Positions 1-13,020 of a stretch of 64,000 nucleotides of DNA are shown here, piece after piece; within the stretch, counting starts at the first letter, position 1; each line of letters starts with the position of its first letter. The notes under the pieces were generated by a model. The model searched no databases and was not told the DNA's origin. It saw only the letters and a program-made list of their open reading frames with translations. This DNA comes from Paraspadella gotoi (lineage: Eukaryota; Animalia; Chaetognatha). The position numbers were made by a program, and so were the translations under genes. The DNA lies in contig CM119271.1 of the NCBI GenBank assembly GCA_051294375.1, positions 5,507,991 through 5,571,990 of the forward strand, given 5' to 3'.

Positions 1-949
1 AAACTTTGAAAATTTTTTGTCAAAATTAAGAATTTAATTAAACAATAATGAATATGAGCTAAATCTACTAAACATGGAATATAAACCTGAGTCTAGAAAA
101 CATATATAGATCTTTTAACATAATAGGCGAAGAGGAATTACACCAATTTATATCAACTCAGAGATCAATTTTATCTGATATACACATAAAATAACTTTTG
201 TAAATATTATGATGTACTTATTGGCCCGGACAATCAGGGACTCATTTTCAAGGTATTAAAAGATAGGTGATAAGGTAAGCAAAGGCCTTTTTTTTTAAGG
301 CCATATAATGTTACTTAGGGTTTTACCCGAAATTTGTTTTCTTGATACTGTGGTACAAACAATTAAATTTTCAAAATATACTAGATATTGTAATTACAAA
401 AATTATTATTTCTTTTGCATAAGTTAAATTATTGTTTTGTGCATTTTGTTTTCCAAAGATCAAGTCTTATTTTCCAATATGTTTTATACAGTATTTTTTT
501 TAAAATGCCTTCTTTCTTTTTTCCGAATTCCCTATTTTTTATCGGGAAAGTAGAAAAATAAATATTCACAAACACTTCGGTCCCTATCTTTTGCTCTTAA
601 CTTCTTTTTTATATCTATCATAATTATGTATTTTTTTATAAATTATACTCATTAGAATTCTATATTTTCTCCTGCTTTCGATTTTTATTATCTCTTATGA
701 GGCCTCGGAAATGGCTAATCGAATCGCGATCTAAAGCTTAGATACGCGTAGTAAAAATCTGTTGATAAATGATAATTTTAAGCGAAAGTTGAACGGTTTC
801 TGGTGGATTTTGCGTCTGGGCTTTTTTGGTCATAACGTTTGAACGGATTATCGATTTTGTATGAATTTTGCATAAAAGATATATTCAAAATTTCTATCGA
901 TTTGGTGCCCCATCTTGAAAAATCTTAATGGTTTAGAACGATGCCATCG

Positions 950-2445
950 CAATCAATCCATCGATGAAAGCAAAAATTAGAAACTTAATTTTTCTAAAAT
1001 AATATTTAAATCGTGAATTCACGATTAAAAATTCACCCAATTCAGGCTTACACCAACCTACTTCCAAAGCAGCAAGCATGAGCGGACCAGAAACCTCATC
1101 AAAAACAAGGGATGAGCGAAGTCCGCCTATCGGTGAACGAACGATTGCAGAAACGGGTCCAGCATCGTCAGTAGTCGAAGCAATTTTGTTCGGAAGAATA
1201 GTCGGCCTGAGAAGTGAGAGGGGCGTACGCGAACGGGTGGAGGGTCGAAGGATCCGGAGAAAAAATAGACAAAAGAAATACGAGGGAGGGGGAAGCGAGG
1301 GGCAAAAGGAATATTTAAAAATGGTGAGCTGCGTGGAGGAATTTAAATTTAGTTTTCAATTTTCGCTTTCCTTCTTTTTTTTTCGCGAATCATGACGGAA
1401 CGTCATTTTTTATGATGAGTGAAAAGGGAAAGTTTAAAGACTCGAGGTTAATAGTGAAAGTAAGCGAATGGATTTTTTTCAGCAGTCTTAGTCGATTTTC
1501 ATTTTGTCGTAATATGAATTATTTTAAAAAGTGCGACAACTTTCGATGGGTTACTATAAGCGCCGTCTTGATTAAGCAAGCAATTTTTGCTTACCTGGGC
1601 CAGAACTCCTAGGATTAGGTGGTATTCGCCGTGGCCGTTGATGTATCCCGCGGACCAGGTGGGCTACAAAAAATAAACAGTTGGGTTTTAAAATTATGCA
1701 AACAGCCGGTAGGAAAGTTACGCGACCCACGTCATTATCCGAGCGACTTTCCCATTTTCCACCTTTACCGTCATGGTGCAAATCCAATCCAAAGTCCGAT
1801 ATTCCTTCCGCAACATGATGTGGCTTCCATTGTCCGAGTTCTCGTCCTCTGTCGCCTTTCTCCCCGTCTTTCTCGAGCTTCCTCAGAGGCAGACGCCAGA
1901 ATGGCACAGTAGAAGACGACGATGGAGGCTAGGCATCAATTATTGTGGCGTGTTGGGGGGATAGATGGGAGGTTGGAGTTAAGGTGGATGGGAGGCAAAG
2001 AGTCTTGTGAAATGCGGCGTGAGAGGTCTTTTCGGTCGAGAGATTTCTAAGGTGTCAGTATGTGCGAGCTGGGAAATACTGCATGAATTAGCTATTTTTT
2101 AGCAAAAATATTTGATATTTACAATTTAGCTATGAAAATAAGTATAATTGAAAAATTAGAATGAAGACAAATTTGATGTGAGTGAAGAATCTTCAAACCC
2201 ACGGCATCACGAAAAAAAATTAGCTAATTTTTTGATTTTCTTTTAAATATGTTAATATTTTTGGTTAAATATTTCAACAAAAAAAAATTATAATAAGCAT
2301 GTACAATCGGTGACATTCTATTTCCTCGAAGAAGAACTAATTTCATTTAATTGTTTCAATTATAAAAATGATTATGGGAAGAGAGAGAAGAGAGGAGAGA
2401 GAGAGAGAGAGAGAAGAGAGAGGTGTATTAGTGCAGAGAGAGAGA

Positions 2446-2477
<32 letters not shown>

Positions 2478-3213
2478 ACACGAGGAACTGCAAATTCTGC
2501 TCTGGTTTTTATTTGCTAAAGAATTTTTCGGAGAGACAATAGAATTGACTTTGGTAAACTTGGATCAAAAAAGACATGACAATGGAGGAGTTTGGCGTGA
2601 AAGATAGAAAATATAAAAGATAAAAACTAAAATCAGTACAGATAGATGAAGAGAGAATTTTACGGACAAAATAAAATAAAATATATAAAGTTTCCGGTGG
2701 AAAAATTTTTAAAACAATTGCTTAATGAAAAATGCTGTTAAATACAACTTGAATTATTCGCTTTGATTCTTGCAAAACTAGAAAGGCAAAACCCGTTGCA
2801 AACTAGTAGTTCAAGGGATAAACGGGTCAATCGTCCTCGTCCTGGAGTTTTTTGTCCCATCCGGTGTGTCGTTCATCGCGCCGTCTTTTTCCAGGACATC
2901 CTTTCGATTCTGTCGAATAGTTAACTTGCTTTCATGATGAATCACAAATCTCAAATTGATAAGCTGGGCCTTTTGACTCTCCTTTTAATAAATTATTACA
3001 TAAAAGTTTAAAAATCGACATAACGAAAGAGAGTTATTCTGAATCACATACCCAATTTCATTTTCCAAATTCAAGGCCATATAAAATTAATTGAATTCTC
3101 AGTTATTATATATTCATATTTGATCGATTTGCTAAAAAGGACAGGAAACCACCGGGAAGAAATATGCTCTATAACGGAAACAGAGAGAGAGAGAGAGACG
3201 AGATGAGAGAGAG

Positions 3214-3230
<17 letters not shown>
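950..3230 (-). repeat. ~2.3 kb inverted duplicate of ~14231-16650
   Basis: 3120-3190 (aaaaggacaggaaaccaccgggaagaaatatgctctataa) is the reverse complement of ~14290-14345. 950-990 is the reverse complement of ~16610-16650. The two are collinear in between, with indel-type differences. Confidence 0.85.
1066..1945 (-). pseudogene. SLC5A7: Partial, frameshifted copy of choline transporter exons 1-3 (inverted duplicate of 15572-16522; may be an assembly artefact)
   Basis: The reverse complement matches the 15.5-16.5 kb exons and introns (GQWK..IMLAGRNIGL..GICTMT; TWVGGGYINGTAEY; FGYALSL...LDPF...LG) with many 1-nt indels. Confidence 0.75.
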
Positions 3231-3282
<52 letters not shown>

Positions 3283-6200
3283 AGAGAGAGAGTTGACGGG
3301 ACAGCATATTTTATTTCTAGGGTTCTCGCAGATCTCTGTTTTATCCTACCCATATTCAAAAATGGATTTTAATTGGATTTAAATTCTGGAAAGAAAGGGA
3401 AAGGAAAAGATAAAGGGAGAAAGGGAAAGGAAAGTAGAAAGGAGAAGGAAAGGAAAAACAAAAGATAACGAAATGAAACGATAAAGAAAACAAGGAAGAA
3501 GGTAAGGATGAAGAAGACTGGGGCGAAGAAAGTAATTCCACGAGGCGAGGGCTCGGGAAAAATACAGGGAGAAGAAATAAAAGAAAGTTGAAATTGCGAT
3601 AAAAAATGACAAGCTTACATTGAACGGCTCTGTCATTAACACTCATGCAATAATTAATGTCTTTTCACTTTGGTTCTTGAATTAGTTCAATACCGACGAC
3701 TTGTGTAATTTCCTCTTTAAAACATATAAGTAAACTATATCCATGAACTTAAACTTAGGTCCAAGTAATTCGTTATGTGAAACGCGAGTAATCCAGTTAC
3801 AACACTTGGTTGCTAAGGGACGGTGGAAGGCGGACTGCGCGATTCCAATTTTTTTAAATCGTTAAGTTGAACGTTTTCTCTCTCGCGGTTTTAATATCAT
3901 AGGGGTTCTCTATTCATCCTCTTGAATAGACAATAGAAGTTTTGGCTAAAGTAAGGGTAATCTTAGGTCACGGTAGTACGTTTTCTTTAAAAATGCACTT
4001 ATTTCAGTTTACGGAACAATCAAAACGAGTTTTGCAAAAAAAGTGGAAGGAAGTTTGGGCCCCAAAATGAAAATACGTCCACCGAATAAATTTTATATGA
4101 TTGGAAAATTGCAATTACTTGTTTCACTATTTTCCCTATTTTTATATGTTATGAAGGGAATTTAGTATTTAATCTTATTAATTTAATCAAATATATATTG
4201 CTTCTTTCTTAAAATGTTTTATTGTATCCTAATAATTAATTTGGGAGGAGTCGTGTTGTCTTCTGGAAATTAGAGGGAGTCTATATATATTATATATATA
4301 ATTATATATTTGTAATTATTGTCATTACTTTTGAAGTGGAACAAAAATAGTAAAACCGTAAACGTACCACCTCAAATAACACTGTTGACATTTTTAGCCT
4401 GTAACGCGACTTCGGTTTGAGGCTAAGATAAGAGTGTTGGGACGAGGGATTGCGATAGAGTGATAGAGGTTTATAGTGGTGAATTGTGTCTTTAAACACA
4501 TAACGATCGTGTAATAAAGCCTTGATGCAGGATATTTATTACATGGTATTATAAATTTTAATCATTAAAATGTCAGAAGTTCAAGAGCTTGTTCAGAGAA
4601 TAAATGGGTATTGTCATATCATGGTTAAACAAAAACGAAAATTTTATTGAAATTAATTTACAGTAGCACGCAGAAAATGAAAAATGAGAAGACTTGGAAA
4701 ACCTAATGGTTTTATAAAGATTTTATTTTATGATATCATATTACTAAATTGTGCAATATTGTGCAAAAAGTAAAAATTGCATCATTAAAGATTTATCTAC
4801 AAAAAATAGTCCAAAACAACATAGTTTAACTACATCTCGAAACTTCGATTTATAATTATGCCCGGAATGAAAGTTTATTGAGGTTAGTGGAAATATTACA
4901 AAGTGGTAGGTTGCGGAGGGTAAGGTCGCACGTCTTCGGTCGACCAGAATGCATGGGGCTGTCTGGAGAAGGGAAACGAGAGCCGGGAGTCTTAAAAAAT
5001 GTCAGACTCCGAATGAATGAAGTCTCGAGCCCTACTCGCCCTTTGAAGAAAAGGAGTAAGCAGGGGGGGCGGAATGAAAAGGTTAAGCGGGAGGTATGAG
5101 GGGGGGAGGAAGTGAAGTTAAGTTTCGTAATGGAGTAGAACGATGAATTTCTAAGAGGAAAAAAGAGCAGTGGTTTATTCGGATGTGTGGTGAATCTCAA
5201 AAGGATATTATTTCATTCGCGAGAACCAAGTAGAGAACCCCATATATTAGAAATTATATATTATATTATTAGAATATTATTAATATTAGATATATATATA
5301 TAATAAATTTAGAATATCATTGAATATATATATATATATATAAAAGTATATTTAAGCGGATTTCTTCCGAAATTCTACAATGACCTCTAATGATTAAGAA
5401 ATAAAAAAATGTTATTTTAACGAACTCGAGAGGCTCTGAAGAACAGAAGGAGATTCCAAGTGGTGTTGCGCTGCGATGACTTTCTTTTCGAAGCATTTCA
5501 TTATTTAAAACAAGGTGTGGCTTTGGATCGTTTAAATTTGAGGTTACTTCCGCCTAGCCAATAACAAACGAGCACGAATTTTTGGTGATACATGTGATAG
5601 ATTTTTTAAGGTGATCTCGTACTTTACAAGTATGACATACAAGTGGTTCTTTACATTCATCACAATATGATGAATGACTAAGCATCTGATCCAAGTTTAT
5701 AAGTATTTTTAACGTTGAGACAGAAAGAATAGATAAACAACAAGCAGACCGACCGAAAAGTGACTTATAGAGTTGCTCCGAGTACTCGCGGCGCCGATAA
5801 AAAACAGAAATCTTAATATACGAAGGATGCATTAAGAGAACGCAATGTAATCTCCGTGAATATCGAGGATAATGAAAGTGGTCATAACGATTGACTAAGG
5901 ATTTTCGTTGAGATAAGACATGACGAATCGTATTTGGATTATCTTTGACCCAAATAAGAGAGGAGGAAAGGACGGGAGGTGGAGGGGAGAGGGAGGATAG
6001 AAGAATGCGGAGGAAGGGACGAGGAAGGAATGGGAAAAGTTGAGTGTTGAGTCAATAGTGAGAGAAAATGAAAAAAACCACAAAACAGAAAATAGAAATG
6101 AGGAGAGACGTAGTATGATAGAAAGCAGAAAGCGACAAGGAAAAAGGGAAAACTATATTTTATATAATAGAATATATTATTTTGGAAGAAATAATTCGTG

Positions 6201-7917
6201 AGAATGGGGGGAATAAGAGATTAACGTTAAGAAAAATTGACATAAGAGCGAAAAGCGTTTTTCATTCATTATTCATTCATTCATTCATTCATTATTATCT
6301 CTTTTATCATGTCTCTGTTTATATCATTTCAAATTATTTTGGTTGTTTTCCTGGAATATGAGTAAATGGAACTTATCAGAATGGGCAACATAGATAGGAA
6401 GAGAGGGGTCAGTAAGCTTTTTTTTTCTGGCATGACAGGAGGAGAAGGAAAGCGGAGTTTCTTCGTTGGTTGAATGAGCATCGGCCAAAGGGAGCCATTC
6501 GATCGGGTAATTGAAAATGCAAATCGACAAGATACAAGGGTGGAGTGGTATTGTTATTGGTTCGAGGCAAGGAATGAGCGTTGGAAGATGGTTGCCATGG
6601 GCTCGTTATCGTGTCGTTGTTATTGTGATAGCTTTTGTTCGTGTTGATTTTTTTAATCGTTAATTTCCGATTTGTTTATAGGAAGTTGTTATTTACTGTT
6701 TTTTTATGTTCCTTTTTTAAATGGTTGCGAAAGAATAGAAGTAGAAAACGATAAAGAAGTTCAACCAGGAGAGTGATTAAATGAGAATTTAATATTCGGT
6801 AAGTTTGTTTTCAGAAAAAAAGAATATACTTTTTATCCTCACGTTATGTACTTAACGGAATTTTTTGATGTTGGTTAATATTTTTTTGCGAATAAATACC
6901 AAGCGGTTTTTTTAAAAATTCATTAAATTTCAACCGTTTGTTGTTTATTTATTTCTTCTCTGTTTTTGGGTCGGTGTTTTTTTTTTTTTTTTTTGTTTTT
7001 TTTTTTTTAAACTGCATCAATTATTGCAACACTGTAGGCAGTGATGATCGAATTAATCGAATGAAAGGAAAAGAGAAGCTTCGAAACGCAACGAGAGAGA
7101 GGACGGATCGATAGTGAGAATAGAGAGCTCGCCAGAGAATGCAGAGAATGCGAGGAGAGACCACAGAGAGAACACCTGACGGTTAAGAATTTCGCTAACT
7201 TTTCGACTTTCTGACGATTTTCGTCGCAAAAAATGGCGGTCTGTTCGTTGTCGTCGGTCGAACGTCACACCAATTCGTTCTTCGTTGTTTGACCATAACT
7301 CCAACTTGTTTCTCTGGAGACGCGAAAAAAAGAGAGAGAGAATGAAGAGAGAGGGACGATGAAGTCACTGGGCCGGCCTCCACTTTGCGGGAATCGTCGT
7401 CGTCGTTTGAATGCGCGGTGCTTCCGGTGCGAGTTTATTCTTGAAAGGGGGAGAGGATTTCCGGCCAAATATCTGGAATTTCATCAATAAGAATTCAGGC
7501 GAAGAGGAATCGCTGAACGGGTGAAATACATGACGATTGTTTTTTCTTTTATTTTGTTTTACATTCCGTAGAAAAACCACAGAATCTTCGGTCGAAAGGT
7601 TCTTATTTTTTTTTTCTGGCTGATGAAAATTTAAAATGCTCATTACTAATCGATAATCTTTTCGGGTTCAACATCGTGCGCCTCTATTTTTTTTCTTTTC
7701 TCTCTTCTCTCCTCTCTTCTCTCGTCTCTCATGTTCCTTCTCCTTCTCTTCGAGCTTCGTATCTCGGGGTGTGGTCCTTCACCGCCTCGCAATTTTTCCA
7801 GTCAACTTTCGTATATTGAATTACTCCCAAAACGAGAGAAGGTTTTCTTCCTCATTACTTAGGTAATAAATTTTGAGTAATAATTTTGGGTAATCTAAAT
7901 CATTTACAGGAATCGGG

Positions 7918-9748
7918 ATGGGCTGCATCTTCTCGGGACTTTGTCTCTCCATTCCGTTCGCGTTGTATCACCCGGTAGGAACTACTTTGTACATTGTACA
8001 ATAATATCTATCTCTAGTTTATATATATGGACGTAAATATTATTCTTTGTACTTGGCAAAGGCAAACGGTTTTACTTAATTTTTAACTCCTTTAACAAAA
8101 AGTATAAAATACTCCAACTCTTTTGTGTATTTTTTTATACTTATGTATCTCTATTGTAATTCGTGGAGTTTTCACATTTAATTTCAATAAGGATTTGAGA
8201 AATTGGATTTTCTCCCAAAGTTACGCTTTTATTTCTTGACACGTACAATATACAATTTAAATACAATACAATACATTATTAAATTATACATCTAACCTTT
8301 ATTTTATCTAGTCCATTCTCCTAATAAATATCCTATTCCCCACAAAGGCGGTTACCCCCATCTCGGAGACATTCTTCGGCAACGCGTCCCTAAACGAAAC
8401 CGGATGGGCGGGTGCCAACCCCGGCGATTACTGGGGTCAATACTTGGATTCGGGGCTGCTCCTCGTTTTCGGTGGAATACCTTGGCAGGCGAGTGGGAGA
8501 GGGGGAGTTCTCCAGTTGTTCGTTGTTGTCCGTTGTCTGGAGCGAAATATTAAGCTGTTGTGTATGACAATGAGAGGAACGTCTTTGATTCCCGGGCGGC
8601 GAGGTACCTCGGGAGGCGCTTAGCATTTCAACCGGCCCTACCGCGATGGGATTGAACCCGGAACGCACGGTCGATGAGCGAGTTTGTTTTTTTTTATGTT
8701 TTAAAATACTCGATTGCCCTTACACCTGCCGCATTGCTGCTCTGCTACTGTCGCTCGTTCGGTCCCGTCCCTCCTACATATGTTGTACACCAACGGGTAG
8801 AGAACCCAAAACCGTTTAGTAGGAAGCGAGAATGAGTTTAGTGTTAATATCCATTAAAAAAAAAACGACCAAAAAACAAAAACAAAAAAAAAATAAAACG
8901 AAAACAAAACCGAAGTCGGCCTCCGTTCAGGTTTACTTCCAACGCGTCCTCTCCGCCAAGTCCGCCGTCCGCGCTCAACTCCTTTCTTACGTCGCCGCAG
9001 TCGGCTGCATCATCCTCGCCATCCCGCCCATCGTGATTGGAGCCATCGCCAAGTCGACCGGTGATACTGGGTGATTGATCGATTGATTGATCTGGTTGGT
9101 AGGTTAGTTTGATTAATTTGAATTGAATTGAGTGATTTATTTGATTTAACTTATTTATTTATTGATTGATTATCAGTTTTTTTTATTATGAGAATTATTA
9201 ATAAATAGATTAATTAATTTATTGATTAAATAGTTGATGGTTTGTGGGATTGATAAAGTGATTCGTTTATTTATTGATTTATTAATAGTGTAAGCTCTTG
9301 ATTAAATTGGTTAATTGCCTTATGTATTTGTTATTATTATTAATATCATTATTAATATCATTATTTTTAATATACTAGATTAATTGCACTTGTTTAATTT
9401 TTTTTTTAATATAATTTGGTTTAATACTTTTGTAAAAAACTTACACCAATAAAGTTTTGAACCGGCTCGTTCGCNNNNNNNNNNNNNNNNNNNNNNNNNN
9501 NNNNNNNNNNNNNNNNNNNNNNNNNNNNNNNNNNNNNNNNNNNNNNNNNNNNNNNNNNNNNNNNNCAGAAGAGAGATCCTCTGGTTTCTGGCGCTCCATG
9601 ACGCCGGAGGCCAGTGCCTTTTCGCGTGGTCTCGCGCGGTCTCGGCGCGTCATGGTCCCTCGCCGCACTCTCGGCTGTGATGGGCGCGGTTCTTCCGCAT
9701 GTTCGCCAGAAATGCTCTATTCCCATCTTTGCCATTGCCCGACCCAAC
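7918..9748 (+). pseudogene. SLC5A7: Second partial copy of the choline transporter (middle exons)
   Basis: Exons 7921-7974 (GCIFSGLCLSIPFALYHP), 8348-8488 (AVTPISETFFGNASLNETGWAG..YLDSGLLLVFGGIPWQ) and 8931-9060 ([43 protein letters not shown]). After an N-gap there is a noisy exon ~9575-9748 (PLVL..TPE..GL.AVSAAVMSSADS..MFARN). Collinear with 17780-19460. Confidence 0.8.
8570..8735 (-). mobile_element. Possible tRNA-derived SINE-like fragment in a CHT1 intron (second copy ~18505-18690)
   Basis: The minus strand has a Pol III B-box-like ccgggttcaatccc within a GC-rich island in an otherwise AT-rich intron. No clean cloverleaf. Confidence 0.3.
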
Positions 9749-9805
9749 GTGAGTAGAGTAGAGAGAGTAGACAGAGAGAGAGTAGCAGAGATCGAGAGAG
9801 AGAGT

Positions 9806-9819
<14 letters not shown>

Positions 9820-9846
<27 letters not shown>

Positions 9847-12800
9847 TTACATATCTTGTTTCCTTTGGCGGGTAAAGTGTCAAACTTCATCGTAAAGAAT
9901 CCACGACAGGAACAAGAAATTACAACCTCTAATAACCGCCCGCTCGTCAATTTATTTCTCAATGTTATAAATGTGAGAATATTGCACGATTTGTTTCATC
10001 GAATGGACTAATTTTTTTAAAAAAACGAATCATGTGAATAAATATATTCAAATTTATTCATATTTTTACAATGTATTATAGAATGTTCAGTAGTTGTGTA
10101 AATAAATTGTAACGAATTTTATTTGTTTAATGATCTCTGATAATTTATAGCGGTGATTAAGTAATTGAAACGGTCTCATAACAACAACAGTTGGTCCTCA
10201 GGTTGCTTAGTAGAAATTATTTGAATGCTTCTGCAGCCGCGCATAAAAAAGAAACAAGTTTGAGGCAAACAATGTCGGATCTGCCTACGATATTATATTA
10301 AATTAATTAATTAATCCGTCAATAGATTAATTAATTAATTTAATTAAATTAAGATATAATTATAATTTATATTGCTAGGCTTGTCATCATCAGATGTCTT
10401 TAAAATTGAGTCAGGGACAGTTATTTAAATGTTTTTTGGTTTACAGTTTATCAAACAACAAACAAATTCTTATCCTCTAGTTCATCGCTGAGCCTTATGG
10501 CGGGCAAGCCCGTCTGTCTTAGATTTTTTTTCGGTTTAGCTTTCGGTCCTCGCTTTTTTGCATCATGGCTTCTGAAAGTGTGATATCATAGGGAGTTGAA
10601 TTTTTACAATATATGGCTTTCTAATCATTCAAGATCTTTAAAATCTCATTGTTTCATAATCAATATTTGGTATTTGTTTTATTGTTTAGTTCTACCAAAA
10701 CCAAAAACTTTTAAATTCAGTATGCCTTCGCTCTGCTCTCTCCGTCTTTTTTCCTCCGTCACTGCTTCTTCTAAAAAATGAGTCTCGGCGGCTGCTGCAG
10801 CGTCTGTCCAGCTTCTTTCCTCTCTCTCTGCTCTGCTCTTTCTCCTTCCTCTCTCTCCTCGTCGTTCTTTGCGTCCACTCTCTCTCGCTCTCTTTTTTTT
10901 TTTAAGGCAGGAAAAATGTTCTTTAGATATAATGTGGGTTCACTAATGTAAAAAACGATGCCTCGGCCGCAACAGGGCGGCGAACCCGGGTCCTTTTTGG
11001 GTAGAGAAATAGCTCACTGCTACTTGCGAGCGCCTATAAGTACTGCTGATTCTTTAACGAGTAAAAGGGGGCCCTGTAGAGCTTCTCTCTCTGCTCGTGC
11101 TGCGTGTCTTTTAATTATTTATTTATAATCGCTCTTGTCTCTTTCTCTTTTTCTCCTGCGCGTGCTGTGCTCTCTCTGGCTCTTCCGAGTCAGTTTTTCT
11201 CTCTCTCGTGCTCTGTCTCTCGCTCGGTGCTTCGTCTTGTGTGTCTGTCCTCTGATCCTGTCCGATCCTTTTGCGTGATGCGTTTTTGTTTTTTGAAAAA
11301 TCCTGATTATTTTTTTTTTCCTTGCTAAAACTTTTTATCTATTGCCGATTTAAGTTCCCGCGCTTCTTTTTTCCAATTAAAAAATATCCCTGATTTTTCA
11401 ATCCTGACGATTTTCGTGGATTTATTTCTTTCTTTCTCTCTCTCTGCTCCCTCTCTCTGCTCTCTGTTCTCTCTCTCCCTCTCTCTCTGCGCTCGTCGTC
11501 TGCTCGCGTCTCTTCCTTTCGTCTGCATACATCGACACCATTTGTTTTTTGTTTTACATTTGACTATCATATCGCATCACGCTCGAATGGACTCATTCAT
11601 CCACAAGCCAGTGAATGACGTATCGATCGCATCAATAATTGATTTATCATCGGATCAATAAGGCAATTCGCCTATTACAAGTGAGGTGCAGTATTACTAT
11701 TCACAGTTCAATTAGTATTCTACCCCTCAAGTCAATTACTGAGTACAAGTCACAATCTTCGCGTTAAATCGCACTTGATTTCATGGCTCGTTTTTTTTTT
11801 CTTCCCCGGTTTTTTTTATTTCATTGTAATCTTTCTACTGTAGTGGGCTCGGTGGCTCGATCTTGATGTCCTTTTAAATAAAAAGAAAAAAAGAAGAAAA
11901 AAAATAAGATTGAACAATATCAAAAAATAAACGCAGAAAAAAGTTTAANNNNNNNNNNNNNNNNNNNNNNNNNGTCTCATAAAACAAATTGTCTCAAGGT
12001 TCTTAGTAGAAATTTCCTTGCAACTTGCAAGACCTCTTAGACCAATGCGCGAATTGAACCGGATAGTCGGCTGCAGGATGGACAGCCGCCGGGCGTGAAG
12101 GAATTTAGNNNNNNNNNNNNNNNNNNNNNNNNNAGGAAAGAAAAAGAGATAAACTTAAGGGAATAAAAAGGATAAGAAAAAAAGAAAGAAAAAAAGAAAG
12201 AAGGAAAAAATAAAAAGGATAGAAAGAGAGAAGAGAAAGAAAGAAAGAAAGAAAGGTACGAGGAAAAAAAAATAAAAAGGTATTAATTCTCAAGAATTGG
12301 TCGTTGCTTAGCCCGTGTTTGGAATCATCTGTCAACACGAGTCTTGAGAACTTTTGCTCGCTCTGTCTCAGCGTCGGCTGCTGCTTAAAGCCTGCAGCGC
12401 GCCGCTGACAGTCTATGAACTAAATTCGGCTGCATCACCGCCGGCGGACTGTCTCCATACCCTCAGCCAACTATCCGACTGGTATCAGATTCGGCGCATG
12501 TGAGGTTGCTGCAGGTGAACTTTTTTGTTTTTTATGGGCGCGTCCGAGAAGAAATTCAGATATATCTATTTCTTAACTGAAGAACCTTTGCAGACACAAT
12601 TTGTTATGAGCACGTTTCAACTTACTAAGTCACAGCTATAAAATTATAGAGATCATTAAACAAATAAAATCGGGGGTTAAATTTATTTACACCAAGTCTG
12701 AACATTCTATAATATCATTGTAAAAATAATGAATAAATTATGAAAATATATTTATTCCACTATAGATTCGTTTATTTTTAAAAAAAATTAGTCCATGTCA

Positions 12801-13020
12801 CGATGAGAACAACATCGGGCAATATCAGTCTCAACATCTGTATAACATTTGTAGTAATATAAAAATTGACCGAGCGTGTGCGGTTTTAGAGGTTGCTAAT
12901 TCTAACTTGTTCCTCGTCGTGGATTCATTTATACGAATGAAGTTTTGACAGTCTTTACGCCGCTGCAAAGGGGAACAAGAATATGTAACTGTCCCTCTCT
13001 CTCTCTCTCTACTCCTCTGC
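9820..13020. repeat. Fold-back (inverted) duplication around the N-gaps at ~11.95-12.13 kb
   Basis: 9841-10220 is the reverse complement of ~12570-13000 (acagttacatatcttgtt / aacaagaatatgtaactgt). 11974-12108 is the reverse complement of ~12420-12610. Confidence 0.75.

Noticed and set aside
10955-11030. tRNA-like sequence on the minus strand (gacccgggttcg...ttttt)
   Set aside because: Only a partial B-box in a noisy region; no convincing cloverleaf.
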